DNA of 64,000 nucleotides from Thermoplasmatota archaeon (GTDB lineage: Archaea > Thermoplasmatota > E2 > JACPAO01 > JAHFTW01): assembly GCA_041659985.1 (NCBI GenBank), contig JBAZXE010000003.1, positions 1,977 to 65,976 on the forward strand. Direction: 5' to 3'. The stretch's first letter is position 1. Each line of letters starts with the position of its first letter. The position numbers and the translations under genes were made by a program. Below, in pieces: positions 1-9,144 of the stretch. Under the pieces are notes generated by a model that saw only the letters and a list, made by a program, of their open reading frames with translations, was not told the origin of the DNA and searched no databases.

Positions 1-2385
1 AACCGCGTGCCGCTCGGCGCCGCGTCACCCATCCAGGTTCCCGCCGGGCAACCCTCCCCGAACGATGCCGCGGCCCTGCTCAACCAGCTTCTCACGCAAG
101 CCAGCGGCGGCCAGGCGCCCGGATCCGCCGAGCCCATCCCCGGGCCCCTCAACATCACGGACGAAGTGTACATGCGCGGCATGCACGAACTGTTCCGGTT
201 CCTGCAGGCCCAGGAGCGCGTGCCGGAACTGAAGTGGGCCATCACGCTGGAATCGCAGGTCCGGCTCGTCAACTACACCAACACCGGCATCCCTGGCGCC
301 GGGACCGGTCCGACGGCGCGCCCCCTCAAGGAGCCTGACGCGGCGGCCTTCTCCATGCCGGGCACCGACCCGGTCGGAGCCATGCAGTTCTCCTCAGATT
401 GGAACTCGTACTACCTGTCCAGCCCCGCCTCGGTGCGCAGCATCGTCAGCAAGGACTGGCAGAGCACCCGCCTGGCGTTCCTCTTCGACCCCGGCGAGAA
501 GAGCCTGCCGCAAATTGGGCAAGACCTCCAAGTCGCCGTCGATGAGTACCGCACCGAGGTCGCTCAGTGCGACGCCACGCCGGACCGCTGCAACCTCGAA
601 TGGAACGTCTTCGCCTACGACTCCATCATCGTGGACCCGCGTGCTCCGACGGCTGCCTCGGCGCACCTGACGGACACGACGCTGGAGGACCTCCTTCGCC
701 TGGGCCCCATCGCCATCCTGTTCGTCGGCGCCATGCTCTTCGCCGCCTTCCGCCGCCCGGGAACCGTCGTCGCGATGACGCTCCCGTTGTCCATCGCCGG
801 CTTCGGGGTCCTCGGAGCCTTCGGCTGGCTCGGCCTCCCCATCCACTCGGTGTCGCTGCTGGTGTTCCCCGTCCTCATCGGCACGGGCATCGACTTCGGC
901 ATCCACATGGCCGCCTCGTACCACGAAGCGCGCGGCCGCGGCCGGGTTCCCCTGGACGCCGCCTTCGACGCCGGGCAAGGCGCAGGCGTCCCCTTGGTCA
1001 TCGTCACCATCACGACGCTCGTCGGCATGGCCTTCCTCATCCTTGCCCCGAACCGGCTGCTGGCCCAGCTCGGCCTGGCGATTCTCATTGGCCTTTCGCT
1101 GCTGCTCGTCGTTGCCTTGACGGCGCTGCCGGCCGCGCTCAGCTGGTGCACAACCCCGCCGCCGCGCAAGACCCTCACCGACCGCTTCCTCGTGCGCAAC
1201 GCGGCGTTCTGGGGCCGCCACCGCGCCGTCGGCCTCGGTCTGGTCCTTGTCCTGATGGCCGTGAGTGTCGCTGCGGCGCCGATGCTCAAGACCCTCGTCA
1301 TCGGCACGCCCGCCGCGTACTTCCCAGGGGACGACCGGCAACACCGCGACTTCGACGCCTCCAACGACCGCTACTTCGACCAGCAGCAAGACCTCGTCAC
1401 CAACGTCCTCGTGATGGAGGGCGACCTCACGACGCCCGCGGCGCAGGAGATGCTGGGGGATTTGGAGGAGCGCCTCAAGACGCTGGACTTCGTGCGCGAT
1501 GACTCCGTCGTCTCCATCCATTTCGCCCTCAACGCGTGGATCCAGGTCCGGCAAGGCACCGCCGGGGCTCCCGCCATCCTCGCGCAGGAGGCCGCCCAAC
1601 CGGGCAGCACGTTCCCGACCGACCAGGCCAGCATCAAGGCCCTGATGGACGAGATGTTCGAGACACCGCTGCAGAACTACGCGGCGTTCTTCGTCAACCA
1701 TCCGACGTACGACATCGGCGTGATGCTGGTCGAGATTGCACAGCCAGCCGAGTTCGAGGCCCTTGAGGAGCAGTGGGATGCCATCAACAAGGTCATCGCG
1801 CAAGTGCAGCGCGAAAACCCTCACGCCGGGTTGCGCGTCCACATGGCCGGCGGTTCCGCCATCGCTTACCTGTTCACCGCCACCGAGCTGCCCTACGTCC
1901 AGACGGCTGCCCTCATCGGTTTGGTCGTCACGGCCCTCCAAGTGCTGGTGCTGCGCCGCAGCCTGCGCGACGCTCTCGTCGTGTCCGCGGTCGTCGTCGC
2001 CGCCGGAGCGTGGTGGATGGGCCTTCTCGTGGTGATGGACATCCCGCTCTCCATCGCTCTCGTCGTCCCCGTGGTCATCCTCGAAGCCATTGCCTCCGAC
2101 TACGCGCTGCACCTGCGCTACGCCATCGGCCATGAAGGCGCGCGGGCCTGGGGAACCGTCGGCCGCGCCATCTGGTACTCCGCCATCACCGACATTGGCG
2201 CGTTCCTGGTCTTCACGCGGATGCGCTACGGCCTTCTGGCCGATGCCACGGTCGCCACCGTGCTCGTCCTCACTTGTGCCCTCGTCGCCACGCTCATCCT
2301 CGTCCCGGCCTTGGCGCACCGCCGCGAGCTGCCCCGGTCCCCGGGCGAAGCGCCGCCCTCCCCGTCCAACCTGGTGACTGCATGA
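1..2385 (+). CDS. RND/MMPL-superfamily membrane exporter, 5'-truncated by window edge
   Basis: Frame 1 is open from nt 1 (track ORF 7..2385). Two clusters of 5-6 hydrophobic helices (approx aa 230-390 and 630-780), each preceded by a large soluble loop, match the MMPL/RND predicted-exporter layout; TM1 is missing. Stop overlaps the next start (ATGA 2382-2385). Confidence 0.7.
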   Translation, partial: NRVPLGAASPIQVPAGQPSPNDAAALLNQLLTQASGGQAPGSAEPIPGPLNITDEVYMRGMHELFRFLQAQERVPELKWAITLESQVRLVNYTNTGIPGAGTGPTARPLKEPDAAAFSMPGTDPVGAMQFSSDWNSYYLSSPASVRSIVSKDWQSTRLAFLFDPGEKSLPQIGQDLQVAVDEYRTEVAQCDATPDRCNLEWNVFAYDSIIVDPRAPTAASAHLTDTTLEDLLRLGPIAILFVGAMLFAAFRRPGTVVAMTLPLSIAGFGVLGAFGWLGLPIHSVSLLVFPVLIGTGIDFGIHMAASYHEARGRGRVPLDAAFDAGQGAGVPLVIVTITTLVGMAFLILAPNRLLAQLGLAILIGLSLLLVVALTALPAALSWCTTPPPRKTLTDRFLVRNAAFWGRHRAVGLGLVLVLMAVSVAAAPMLKTLVIGTPAAYFPGDDRQHRDFDASNDRYFDQQQDLVTNVLVMEGDLTTPAAQEMLGDLEERLKTLDFVRDDSVVSIHFALNAWIQVRQGTAGAPAILAQEAAQPGSTFPTDQASIKALMDEMFETPLQNYAAFFVNHPTYDIGVMLVEIAQPAEFEALEEQWDAINKVIAQVQRENPHAGLRVHMAGGSAIAYLFTATELPYVQTAALIGLVVTALQVLVLRRSLRDALVVSAVVVAAGAWWMGLLVVMDIPLSIALVVPVVILEAIASDYALHLRYAIGHEGARAWGTVGRAIWYSAITDIGAFLVFTRMRYGLLADATVATVLVLTCALVATLILVPALAHRRELPRSPGEAPPSPSNLVTA

Positions 2386-3914
2386 CTTCCCAATCCGGCC
2401 AATCCCTCGCCGAATCCGGCCAACCGGCATGGGCCGACGACACGCCCGTCCACGCCCTGCTCAGCCGCCACCCCGTCGCGCCGCTCATCGAAACGAGCGC
2501 GAGCAAGGTCATCGCCAAACCGCTGGACGAGGTGTTCCTGCACTTCTGGGGCTCCGACCCGCGCCTGCGCCTCGAACTGCACCGCGACCACGTCAAGGGT
2601 TACTCCATCCACCGCGAGACGCCAGACTCGCTCGAGTACGAATTCGTCTTCGAAGCGTACGGCACGCGCAGTTGGGGCAAGGCCGTCGAGGTCGCGCAAC
2701 GCAACCGCCCCGCCGCCCAAGGGGGTCCGCGCATCGACGTCGAGGTCCTCGACGGGCCGCTCAAAGGCCAGACCGTCACGACGCTCTTCCGCGCGGTCGC
2801 CGGCGGCACCGAAGTCACGCAGATCAACCGCGTCTGGCCTGGCGACTCTGACCTCATGGTGAAGATTCTCGGCAAGAAACTCAACGCCCGCCTCACCGCC
2901 CTGGCCGGCGTCCACCTGGAGCAGCACCGCCACGACCTGGAAGGCCTCGAGCGGTTCCAGGACCGCTTCAGCCAGGAGCACCAGGAAAAACTCGCGCACG
3001 GCGATGGCGCGTTCGTGGACTTCCTCAAAACCACGCGCGCCGTGACCTTGCCCGTCATCATCCTCCCCATCCTGGGCGCGGCCGCCCTCGCGGCTCGCCA
3101 GGGCGTCTTCGACCCGAGTGCCCTTGTGCTTACCCTCGTCGGCGGCGGTGCGGCCCTCTTGGCGGCCAACCTCCTCAACGACCTCTACGACTTCAAGGGC
3201 GGCGCCGACCAGTCGGCTCGCCAGGTCCCCGGCGCCATCGAGACCGGCTCCGGCGCCTTCGTCGAGGGCCGCTGGTCACTGAAGAAAGGATGGGCCATGA
3301 CCGTCGCGCTCTTCGGCGTGGCGGCCCTGTGCGGATTGGCCCTCGCCGTCTTTTCGACGCCTCTTGTCCTTGCCTTCGCGGCGGCGGGCGCGCTCATTTC
3401 CTACATCTACATCGGCCCACCGTTCCCGTTGGCCTACAAGGGCCGCGGCCTCGGCGAACTGTGCATCTTCGTCGCTTTCGGTCTCCTGCCGGTCGCGGGC
3501 GGTGTGCTCGCGCATGGTGGAACCTTGACCCATGAAGTCTGGGCGATTGCTTCGTTCTTCGGCCTGTCGAGCATGATGCTGCTCTACCACCACCACTTCC
3601 TGCACTGGGAAGCGGACCGTGTGGCGGGCAAGGGCTCGCCCGTCGCCATCCTCGGCCCGCAAGGCGGCGCGCTCGTCGGCATGGGGCTTGCCCTCGGCAC
3701 CAGCGCGGCCATCCTCGCCACCGTCTTGGCGCTCGGCCTGGAGCCGTGGACCGCGCTCGCCGCCGCGCCGCCCCTGCTCCTCCTGCCGCAGCAGCGCAAA
3801 GTCCTCGCCGGCAGCAAGGACCCGCCGCAGATGCTGCGCCAAATGAACGCGGCCTTTGGCGCCATGATGCTCATCGGCCTGAACCTGGTTCTTGGCCTCT
3901 GGCTCACGGCCTGA
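2382..3914 (+). CDS. Fusion: N-terminal soluble SRPBCC/START-like domain + C-terminal UbiA-family (MenA-like) polyprenyltransferase
   Basis: ATG 2382 is residue 37 of track ORF 2274..3914. The C-terminal half has ~8 TM helices and two Asp-rich UbiA motifs (NLLNDLYDFKGGAD; HWEADRVAGKGSPVAILG). The N-terminal ~230 aa is soluble; the SRPBCC assignment is by eye and weaker. Confidence 0.65.
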   Translation: MTSQSGQSLAESGQPAWADDTPVHALLSRHPVAPLIETSASKVIAKPLDEVFLHFWGSDPRLRLELHRDHVKGYSIHRETPDSLEYEFVFEAYGTRSWGKAVEVAQRNRPAAQGGPRIDVEVLDGPLKGQTVTTLFRAVAGGTEVTQINRVWPGDSDLMVKILGKKLNARLTALAGVHLEQHRHDLEGLERFQDRFSQEHQEKLAHGDGAFVDFLKTTRAVTLPVIILPILGAAALAARQGVFDPSALVLTLVGGGAALLAANLLNDLYDFKGGADQSARQVPGAIETGSGAFVEGRWSLKKGWAMTVALFGVAALCGLALAVFSTPLVLAFAAAGALISYIYIGPPFPLAYKGRGLGELCIFVAFGLLPVAGGVLAHGGTLTHEVWAIASFFGLSSMMLLYHHHFLHWEADRVAGKGSPVAILGPQGGALVGMGLALGTSAAILATVLALGLEPWTALAAAPPLLLLPQQRKVLAGSKDPPQMLRQMNAAFGAMMLIGLNLVLGLWLTA

Positions 3915-4018
3915 GGCGGCGACGCGACGGAATGGCCGGCCCAAGCCGGCAATTGCGCGGGGTGCGCGCCTTCGCGCCGACACAATGCTTAACTCGCGTG
4001 GCCGGGCGTCGGGAATCC

Positions 4019-5176
4019 ATGAACAAGGGCGTTCTTTCCTTCCTGATTGCCTCGGCGTTCCTGGCCGGTTGCGCCGACAATGGCCAACCCTCCGACGACC
4101 CCGTCGTCGACCCCGGCGTCCAGTTCGAAAGCGACGTGCTGCAACTCTCCCTGCCGACGATGCCGCGCGAGGCCCCTCTCCCCGGCGAGCGCACCCTCGA
4201 CAAAGCTCCCGAGTGGCGCCTGGGCGAATGGTGGACTTACACGCTCACTGACGGGTTCGCCGGAAACACCTACGAATTCACCCGCGTGGTCGCCGGGCAG
4301 GACAAGGCCGCCGGCAACTACCTCGTCGGCTTCCCCCTGGAGGAGTTCAACAACGACGTCATGCTGTTCCACACGCCCGGCTTCGGCGACATCCGCCAGT
4401 CCGACCTGTCCTACGAGACGCACGACGCCGTGTTCCAGATGCTGCAGTTCCCCCTGCGCGACGGCGACTCCTGGGAGGCCGAATTCGAGGGCACTGGCAA
4501 GGGCCCCGTCACCGTCGCCGCCACGGGCACCACCGCCGAGGTCGAGCTCATCAGCCCGCAGTACAACGTCGTGGCCACCTACGACGCCGAGCTCGGCGAG
4601 TTCTCCAAGATGTCCATCAACAACGGCAGCTACGAGGTCTACGAGGTCACCGGCCACGGCTACAACTACGAAGGCGTCATTCGCGTCCCACACGCCCATG
4701 ACCTCATCTTCATCAACGGCCGCCTTGCCGGCGCGCAAGACCTCGCGGGGCCCACGGGAACGGCCGCCGGGCCCACGGAGACCATCGTCGTCGGCGCCGG
4801 CTACGATCGCGCCGCCTTCATCCTCGCCGTCGGCGCCGGACCCTTCCTCGGCGTGTCCAACGCGGTGCCTGTCGGCGTCTTCCGCGAGACGGCCACTGCC
4901 CCCGACGGCACCGTGTACCAACTGCAACTGCTACCGCACGAAGGCGGTTTCAAGATCGCCGCCTTCGGACACGAGAACCCGGAAGGCACGTGGACCCTCG
5001 AGCACATCGCCGCCGGGGCGGGCGTCGCCTTCATCGAAGGCATCGGCTACCACTCCATCGACGTCGACCTGCCGTCGGGCTGCGTCATCAACTCATTCAA
5101 CGCGCAGCACCACAACTCGGAGTGCAAGATCAACCAGGACCAGGCCGGTTCCATCAACGCGACGACCGCCCCCTAG
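4019..5176 (+). CDS. Secreted lipoprotein, unknown function
   Basis: ATG 4019 inside track ORF 3746..5176. N-terminus MNKGVLSFLIASAFLAGC is a signal peptide plus lipobox Cys. No family recognised. Confidence 0.6.
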   Translation: MNKGVLSFLIASAFLAGCADNGQPSDDPVVDPGVQFESDVLQLSLPTMPREAPLPGERTLDKAPEWRLGEWWTYTLTDGFAGNTYEFTRVVAGQDKAAGNYLVGFPLEEFNNDVMLFHTPGFGDIRQSDLSYETHDAVFQMLQFPLRDGDSWEAEFEGTGKGPVTVAATGTTAEVELISPQYNVVATYDAELGEFSKMSINNGSYEVYEVTGHGYNYEGVIRVPHAHDLIFINGRLAGAQDLAGPTGTAAGPTETIVVGAGYDRAAFILAVGAGPFLGVSNAVPVGVFRETATAPDGTVYQLQLLPHEGGFKIAAFGHENPEGTWTLEHIAAGAGVAFIEGIGYHSIDVDLPSGCVINSFNAQHHNSECKINQDQAGSINATTAP

Positions 5177-5179
5177 GCG

Positions 5180-5836
5180 TCAATCTTCTTCGTCGTCCGG
5201 TTTGCCGCGCCGGCCATCCTTGCGGAAGACCTTGGGTCGCGCGGTGACCGGCTCGTCGTCCACCGCTTCGTCGCCCTCGACGAGGTAGGCCATCTGGGCC
5301 TGCACCACTTCGGCGGACGTCTCGCATTTGGCGTAGTCTTCCAGCGGGTTCTTGTTGAGGGAGAGGAACAATTCGCCGAACGGGAGCACCGAGAGGACGT
5401 CGCGCGCCTGGCGGGCCTCGCCGACGATGAAGAGAGCGGCCCCGATGGCCTCCGCCGTCGAGAGCACGAAGGGCTTGCCATAGTTGATGGGATTCGCGGC
5501 CACCAAGAAGGGCAGCGCACGGCTGCGCGTCGAGCCGAGGAGAATAGGGAACGCCTCCTCCGCCTGCGCCCACGAGCAGTCCAGCGCCAGAAGGCCATTC
5601 TTGCGCATGTCTTGCGCATCCTCGCGGCTGAGGGCTTTCTTGGCGAAGGGGTTGAGCAGGACCGAGTGCTTGGGCGCCTTCTTGACGTCGTCGAAGAGGA
5701 TGGCTTTGCCGTGCTTGGCCAGGCGCAGAGCCGTGTTCTTCTTCGGGTCGTCCTGCGCGGCGTGGTAGATGTGGACTCCGATGGTGCCGCCAATCTTGGC
5801 GGGTCGCGGCGGTCCGCGGGGACGGCGGCCGCTCAA
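5180..5836 (-). CDS. tsr3: Tsr3-like 16S rRNA aminocarboxypropyltransferase (DUF367)
   Basis: The last ~198 aa of track ORF 5180..7183 carry Tsr3-like blocks (HIYHAAQDDPKKNTALRLAKHG, LALDCSW, ANPINYGKPFVLSTAEA). There is no in-frame ATG/GTG between the conserved N-terminus and the upstream gene. The TTG at 5836 overlaps the upstream stop (ATTGA), so the start is uncertain. Confidence 0.65.
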   Translation of the reverse strand: MSGRRPRGPPRPAKIGGTIGVHIYHAAQDDPKKNTALRLAKHGKAILFDDVKKAPKHSVLLNPFAKKALSREDAQDMRKNGLLALDCSWAQAEEAFPILLGSTRSRALPFLVAANPINYGKPFVLSTAEAIGAALFIVGEARQARDVLSVLPFGELFLSLNKNPLEDYAKCETSAEVVQAQMAYLVEGDEAVDDEPVTARPKVFRKDGRRGKPDDEED

Positions 5837-7200
5837 TGAGCACCTCCCGGCGGACCAACCACGGATTGCACGGAGCCCGCGGATCCTTTGGATCCGTGCT
5901 CTTCGTGGGTTCCGTGGTTCGTTCCGGCGCGAAGCCCAGCCGCGCGGGCGGAGCGTTCCGGCGGGTCGCCGCGCAAGAGCACCTTGAGGAACAAGGCGAC
6001 CAACCTCGGTTCGGCCCACAATAGCGGCAAGACGAGGCGACTTGGATAGTCGATGTCGCCGAGGCGTTCGATGACAGCCTTTGCCCGCGGCTTGGACAGA
6101 AGCCGGGCGAGGCGGTTGAAGTCGGCGTCGGTGAAGCGCTTGTAGAGCCCGCGCAGCAGAGTCCCTTTGCGCAGTTCGCGGGCGATGGTGCGCTTGACCT
6201 TGCGTTCGTAGGGCAGGAGGTCGCCGCGGCTGAGGCCGTCGCTGCGCAGTCCGCGGTCCGCCACCACGGCCAGGTGTTCGCTTCCCACGAGCCCCATGTA
6301 GATGCCGCCGCCTGACGTCGGCTTGGCCATGCCGGCCGCGTCGCCAACCAGCATGACGCGGTCGTCCACGAGGCGCGAGCGCAGGCCGAGTGGGATGCCG
6401 CCGATGATGAGGTAGCTCGGTTTCGCGCCCGTCAAGTACGGCGCAGAATGCTTGTCGGTGAACATGCGTTCGTAGTAGGCGCGCGCCGACTGTTCGTTCA
6501 TGCCGGGCGCCACGGCCAACCCGGTGCGGGTGCGGTCGCCGCCCACCGGAATGATCCAGGAAAAGAAGCCCGGAGCCTGCGCCGCGCCGCTGAACATCGG
6601 GATGACATGCGTCCGGCCCTCGGGGATGTGGCAGCCGGACAGTTCGGCCTCGTACGCAGAGACGATTTCGTCCACGGGCGGGAAGTCGAACCAGCGCGCG
6701 ACGCCGCCGCGGATGCCGTCGGCGCCAACGAGGAGGCGGACCCGCACCGTGGAGCGCAGGCCGAGGCGCTGCAGGGTGACGGTCACGCCGCCCGGGTCGC
6801 GTTCGGCGGCCACGGCCTTGGTGGCCACGCGCAGCTCGACGCCGGCGCGCACGGCGAACTCGGCGCAGCGCACATCGAAGCGGGCGCGGTCCATGGCCTG
6901 CGCCTGCACCTGCTTGGAGACGAACTCGACCGTCGTGCCGTCGGGGGCGACGATGAGGCCGCCGCGCAAGTCGTTCTGGTGCAGGTCGCCGATGGGAAAC
7001 GGCGTGTGGTCGAAGGTGCGCGGCGTCACCAGGCCGGCGCACTGCACCGGCTGGCCGACTTCGGGGTGCTCCTCGACAAGCAGGACCTTCCAGCCGTGGA
7101 GGGCCAACAGCCGGGCCGTGTTGGACCCCGTGGGGCCGGCGCCGACCACCAGCACGTCGTAGTCGGGTCCCTGCACGCGCCATCCAGGGCCATCCGGCAT
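5833..7200 (-). CDS. FAD-dependent geranylgeranyl reductase family protein (archaeal lipid saturase-like)
   Basis: ATG 7200 inside track ORF 5833..7737. Dinucleotide motif DVLVVGAGPTGS, then CAGLV, LLVGADG and LVGDAAGMAKPTSGGGI blocks typical of GGR. The last ~30 aa (GTNHGTHEEHGSKGSAGSVQSVVGPPGGAH) are encoded by repeat element E1. Confidence 0.75.
   Translation of the reverse strand: MPDGPGWRVQGPDYDVLVVGAGPTGSNTARLLALHGWKVLLVEEHPEVGQPVQCAGLVTPRTFDHTPFPIGDLHQNDLRGGLIVAPDGTTVEFVSKQVQAQAMDRARFDVRCAEFAVRAGVELRVATKAVAAERDPGGVTVTLQRLGLRSTVRVRLLVGADGIRGGVARWFDFPPVDEIVSAYEAELSGCHIPEGRTHVIPMFSGAAQAPGFFSWIIPVGGDRTRTGLAVAPGMNEQSARAYYERMFTDKHSAPYLTGAKPSYLIIGGIPLGLRSRLVDDRVMLVGDAAGMAKPTSGGGIYMGLVGSEHLAVVADRGLRSDGLSRGDLLPYERKVKRTIARELRKGTLLRGLYKRFTDADFNRLARLLSKPRAKAVIERLGDIDYPSRLVLPLLWAEPRLVALFLKVLLRGDPPERSARAAGLRAGTNHGTHEEHGSKGSAGSVQSVVGPPGGAH
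5853..5921. repeat. Palindromic repeat element copy E1 (AACCACGGATT ... TCCGTGGTTCG)
   Basis: AACCACGGA (5857-5865) pairs with TCCGTGGTT (5911-5919). Nested pairs GCACGGA/TCCGTGC and GGATCC/GGATCC. Termini are shared with the copies at 22492 and 22910 and, degenerate, at 54508. Confidence 0.7.
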
Positions 7201-7279
7201 TTCAACATGAGCGGATGGGCGGCCGGGCCTTGGGTGGTCTCCGCTCGCTTCTTGACCTGGTGCCGCCTTGGCCGCCTTG

Positions 7280-7744
7280 ATGGCGCTCGGCCAGACCCAA
7301 CTCCTCACGGTGGCCGGCGTGCTGGCCATCCTGTTCGCGGTCATCGTGTACAACAACGTGGCCGCCATGCGCTCCCGCATCAAGGCCCGCCAAGCCACCA
7401 AGGGATCCGCCTCCTCCCATGAGGGCCCGGTCCACCCGCTCTTGGTCAAGTTCGCCCGCCACGAGGGCTCCGTGGTCGGCGAGACCGTGGCCATCGACGG
7501 CGAGCGCCTCATCCTCAAGCAGGCCGGCTCCTTCAAGGCGGTCCCCATCAGCCAAGCCGAGGTCAAGGGCGACGACGTCGTGCTCACCGGTCTCATCGAC
7601 TGGGCCATCGCGGCACAGGCTGGAACCGCCTGGCACGAATCGACCCGCAAGGCGGACGCCGGCGTCAGCGGGGAACTCACCAAGAGTTCCGACGTGAAGT
7701 CGCCCGCGATGGACGCCGTGCGCTCCCGCGACGGCAAGAACTAG
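7280..7744 (+). CDS. Single-pass membrane protein, unknown function
   Basis: Track ORF 7268..7744 (TTG 7268, ATG 7280). One N-terminal TM (LLTVAGVLAILFAVIVY) followed by a soluble domain. Coding-like GC3 bias. No family recognised. Confidence 0.5.
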   Translation: MALGQTQLLTVAGVLAILFAVIVYNNVAAMRSRIKARQATKGSASSHEGPVHPLLVKFARHEGSVVGETVAIDGERLILKQAGSFKAVPISQAEVKGDDVVLTGLIDWAIAAQAGTAWHESTRKADAGVSGELTKSSDVKSPAMDAVRSRDGKN

Positions 7745-7755
7745 GGGGCCGCATC

Positions 7756-8109
7756 GTGCCGTACAAGATGGTCATCGTGGCCCGCAAGGACCTCGACCTC
7801 AGCAAAGGCAAGTTGGCCGCCCAGGTGGGGCACGCCGCCGTCGAGTGCACGCTCAAGGCGCAGAAGTACGCCAAGGACGCGTTGGCAGAATGGCTGTCCA
7901 TGGGTCAGATGAAGGCGGTGCTGAAGGTGCAGTCCGAGAAGGAGTTCTATCCGCTCAAACAGGCCGCCGAGCGAGCCGGCCTTTGCACGGCGCTCATCAC
8001 CGACGCCGGCCACACCGAAATTCCGGCGGGGACCGTGACGGTTCTCGCCATCGGCCCTGGGCCTGAATCCACTGTGGACAAAGTCACCGGCCACCTGTCT
8101 CTGCTCTAG
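7756..8109 (+). CDS. pth2: Peptidyl-tRNA hydrolase, archaeal type (Pth2)
   Basis: 117 aa. KMVIVARKDLDLSKGKLAAQVGHAAV ... ITDAGHTEIPAGTVTVLAIGP matches the Pth2 pattern. Start is GTG 7756 or ATG 7768. Confidence 0.9.
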   Translation: MPYKMVIVARKDLDLSKGKLAAQVGHAAVECTLKAQKYAKDALAEWLSMGQMKAVLKVQSEKEFYPLKQAAERAGLCTALITDAGHTEIPAGTVTVLAIGPGPESTVDKVTGHLSLL

Positions 8110-8127
8110 GAAATCCAGCCCGGCGAA

Positions 8128-8415
8128 CTAGTCGTCTCGGCGCGCGAAAAGGAACAAGACCAGCAGCGCGGCCAGGAGAACGAAGTGGATGAACTGGTGG
8201 TCCAACTCCTCGGAGACGCCTGTAAGGTCGCCCAGGAAATGCAAGCCGGTTCCCACGCACACGATGAGGGTCGCCCACCACGCGCCAGCCAAGAGGTTCG
8301 ACTCGCCGCGCCGGTCGCGCAGCTTGACGAGAATCAGGATGGACAGGATGAATCCGCCGAGATTGAAGTACGCCAGCGGGTTCGTCGTCTCCCACCCAAA
8401 TTCCGGGAACGCCAT
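8128..8415 (-). CDS. Small 3-TM membrane protein, unknown function
   Basis: 95-aa ORF with three hydrophobic helices; divergent from the next gene. Confidence 0.45.
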   Translation of the reverse strand: MAFPEFGWETTNPLAYFNLGGFILSILILVKLRDRRGESNLLAGAWWATLIVCVGTGLHFLGDLTGVSEELDHQFIHFVLLAALLVLFLFARRDD

Positions 8416-8530
8416 GACCTAGACCTGGTGGGGCCCCTAACGAACCTTCCGAATCGCGGCCGGCCGCCGACCGCAGCCGCCATATCCTGCGCCCCTGCTG
8501 GCCACCTGGAGGCAACGCCTGGCTGGACGC

Positions 8531-9112
8531 ATGACCCTCGGGTTGTACAACTGCTATGACCCGAAGCAGTGGCATGACATCATGCGCATCACGCTGGCTC
8601 GCGCCGCGCCCGTGGCGATGGCGTTCGATTGCGACCTTGCCACCATCGGGTTCCCCTTCGAGCAGGCACGTGCGCGTGGGGCCAAGCGCAACGACTTGGC
8701 CCTCGACTCGCCCGCCGCCATCGCGACCTTCGTCACGGAAAGCTCCAGCATCGGCGACGGCGGCGACCTGTTGATCCGGCTCGTCGAAGAGAAACGCTTC
8801 ACTGTCCTCCCGTTCCCCGGCCCAACTGGATTTCCCGCCAAGCTGGGTCGTTTGGTCGCGACGACGCCCACGCCGGAAGCCGCGAAAGCCGTCACGCCGC
8901 TGCAGGTCGCCGAGGATCTTGCCGCCGGGCAGAGCCAACTGCTGCTGTTCGGATTGGGTCCGCGCGGCCTTCCGGCGCAGGTCTTGCACGACGCGCGGCA
9001 CCACCTCGAATTGACGGGCAAGGGAATCTCGATGGAGACGTCGACGGCTCTCGGCGCGCTGCCGGCGCTGGTGTCGGCGCATCTGCACCATGTACGGAAG
9101 GCGACTGCTTGA
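8531..9112 (+). CDS. Conserved archaeal protein, DUF531/SPOUT-like (tentative)
   Basis: 193 aa. N-terminus TLGLYNCYD..W..I.R..ARAAPVAMAF and C-terminus LLLFGLGPRGLP...ELTGKGISMETSTALGALP resemble the archaeal DUF531 (SpoU-like fold) family, from memory. Confidence 0.4.
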   Translation: MTLGLYNCYDPKQWHDIMRITLARAAPVAMAFDCDLATIGFPFEQARARGAKRNDLALDSPAAIATFVTESSSIGDGGDLLIRLVEEKRFTVLPFPGPTGFPAKLGRLVATTPTPEAAKAVTPLQVAEDLAAGQSQLLLFGLGPRGLPAQVLHDARHHLELTGKGISMETSTALGALPALVSAHLHHVRKATA

Positions 9113-9144
9113 CGGGCCATCCAGGAGCTCGCCGCAATCTTCTC

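Noticed and set aside
394-2430. Very long antisense or alternative-frame ORFs: 394..2430(-) 678 aa, 11001..12956(-) 651 aa, 20062..21771(-) 569 aa, 23312..25240(+) 642 aa, 40076..41494(-) 472 aa, 50842..52827(+) 661 aa, 60709..62091(-) and 62273..63811(-).
   Set aside because: Each lies opposite or out of frame to a gene with clear family motifs (MMPL, DEAD helicase, LysRS, PyrC, APC permease, Nnr/TctA) or clear signal-peptide and repeat logic. Their translations are Arg/Gly/Ala/Asp-rich low-complexity strings, typical of stop-codon-poor frames in high-GC DNA.
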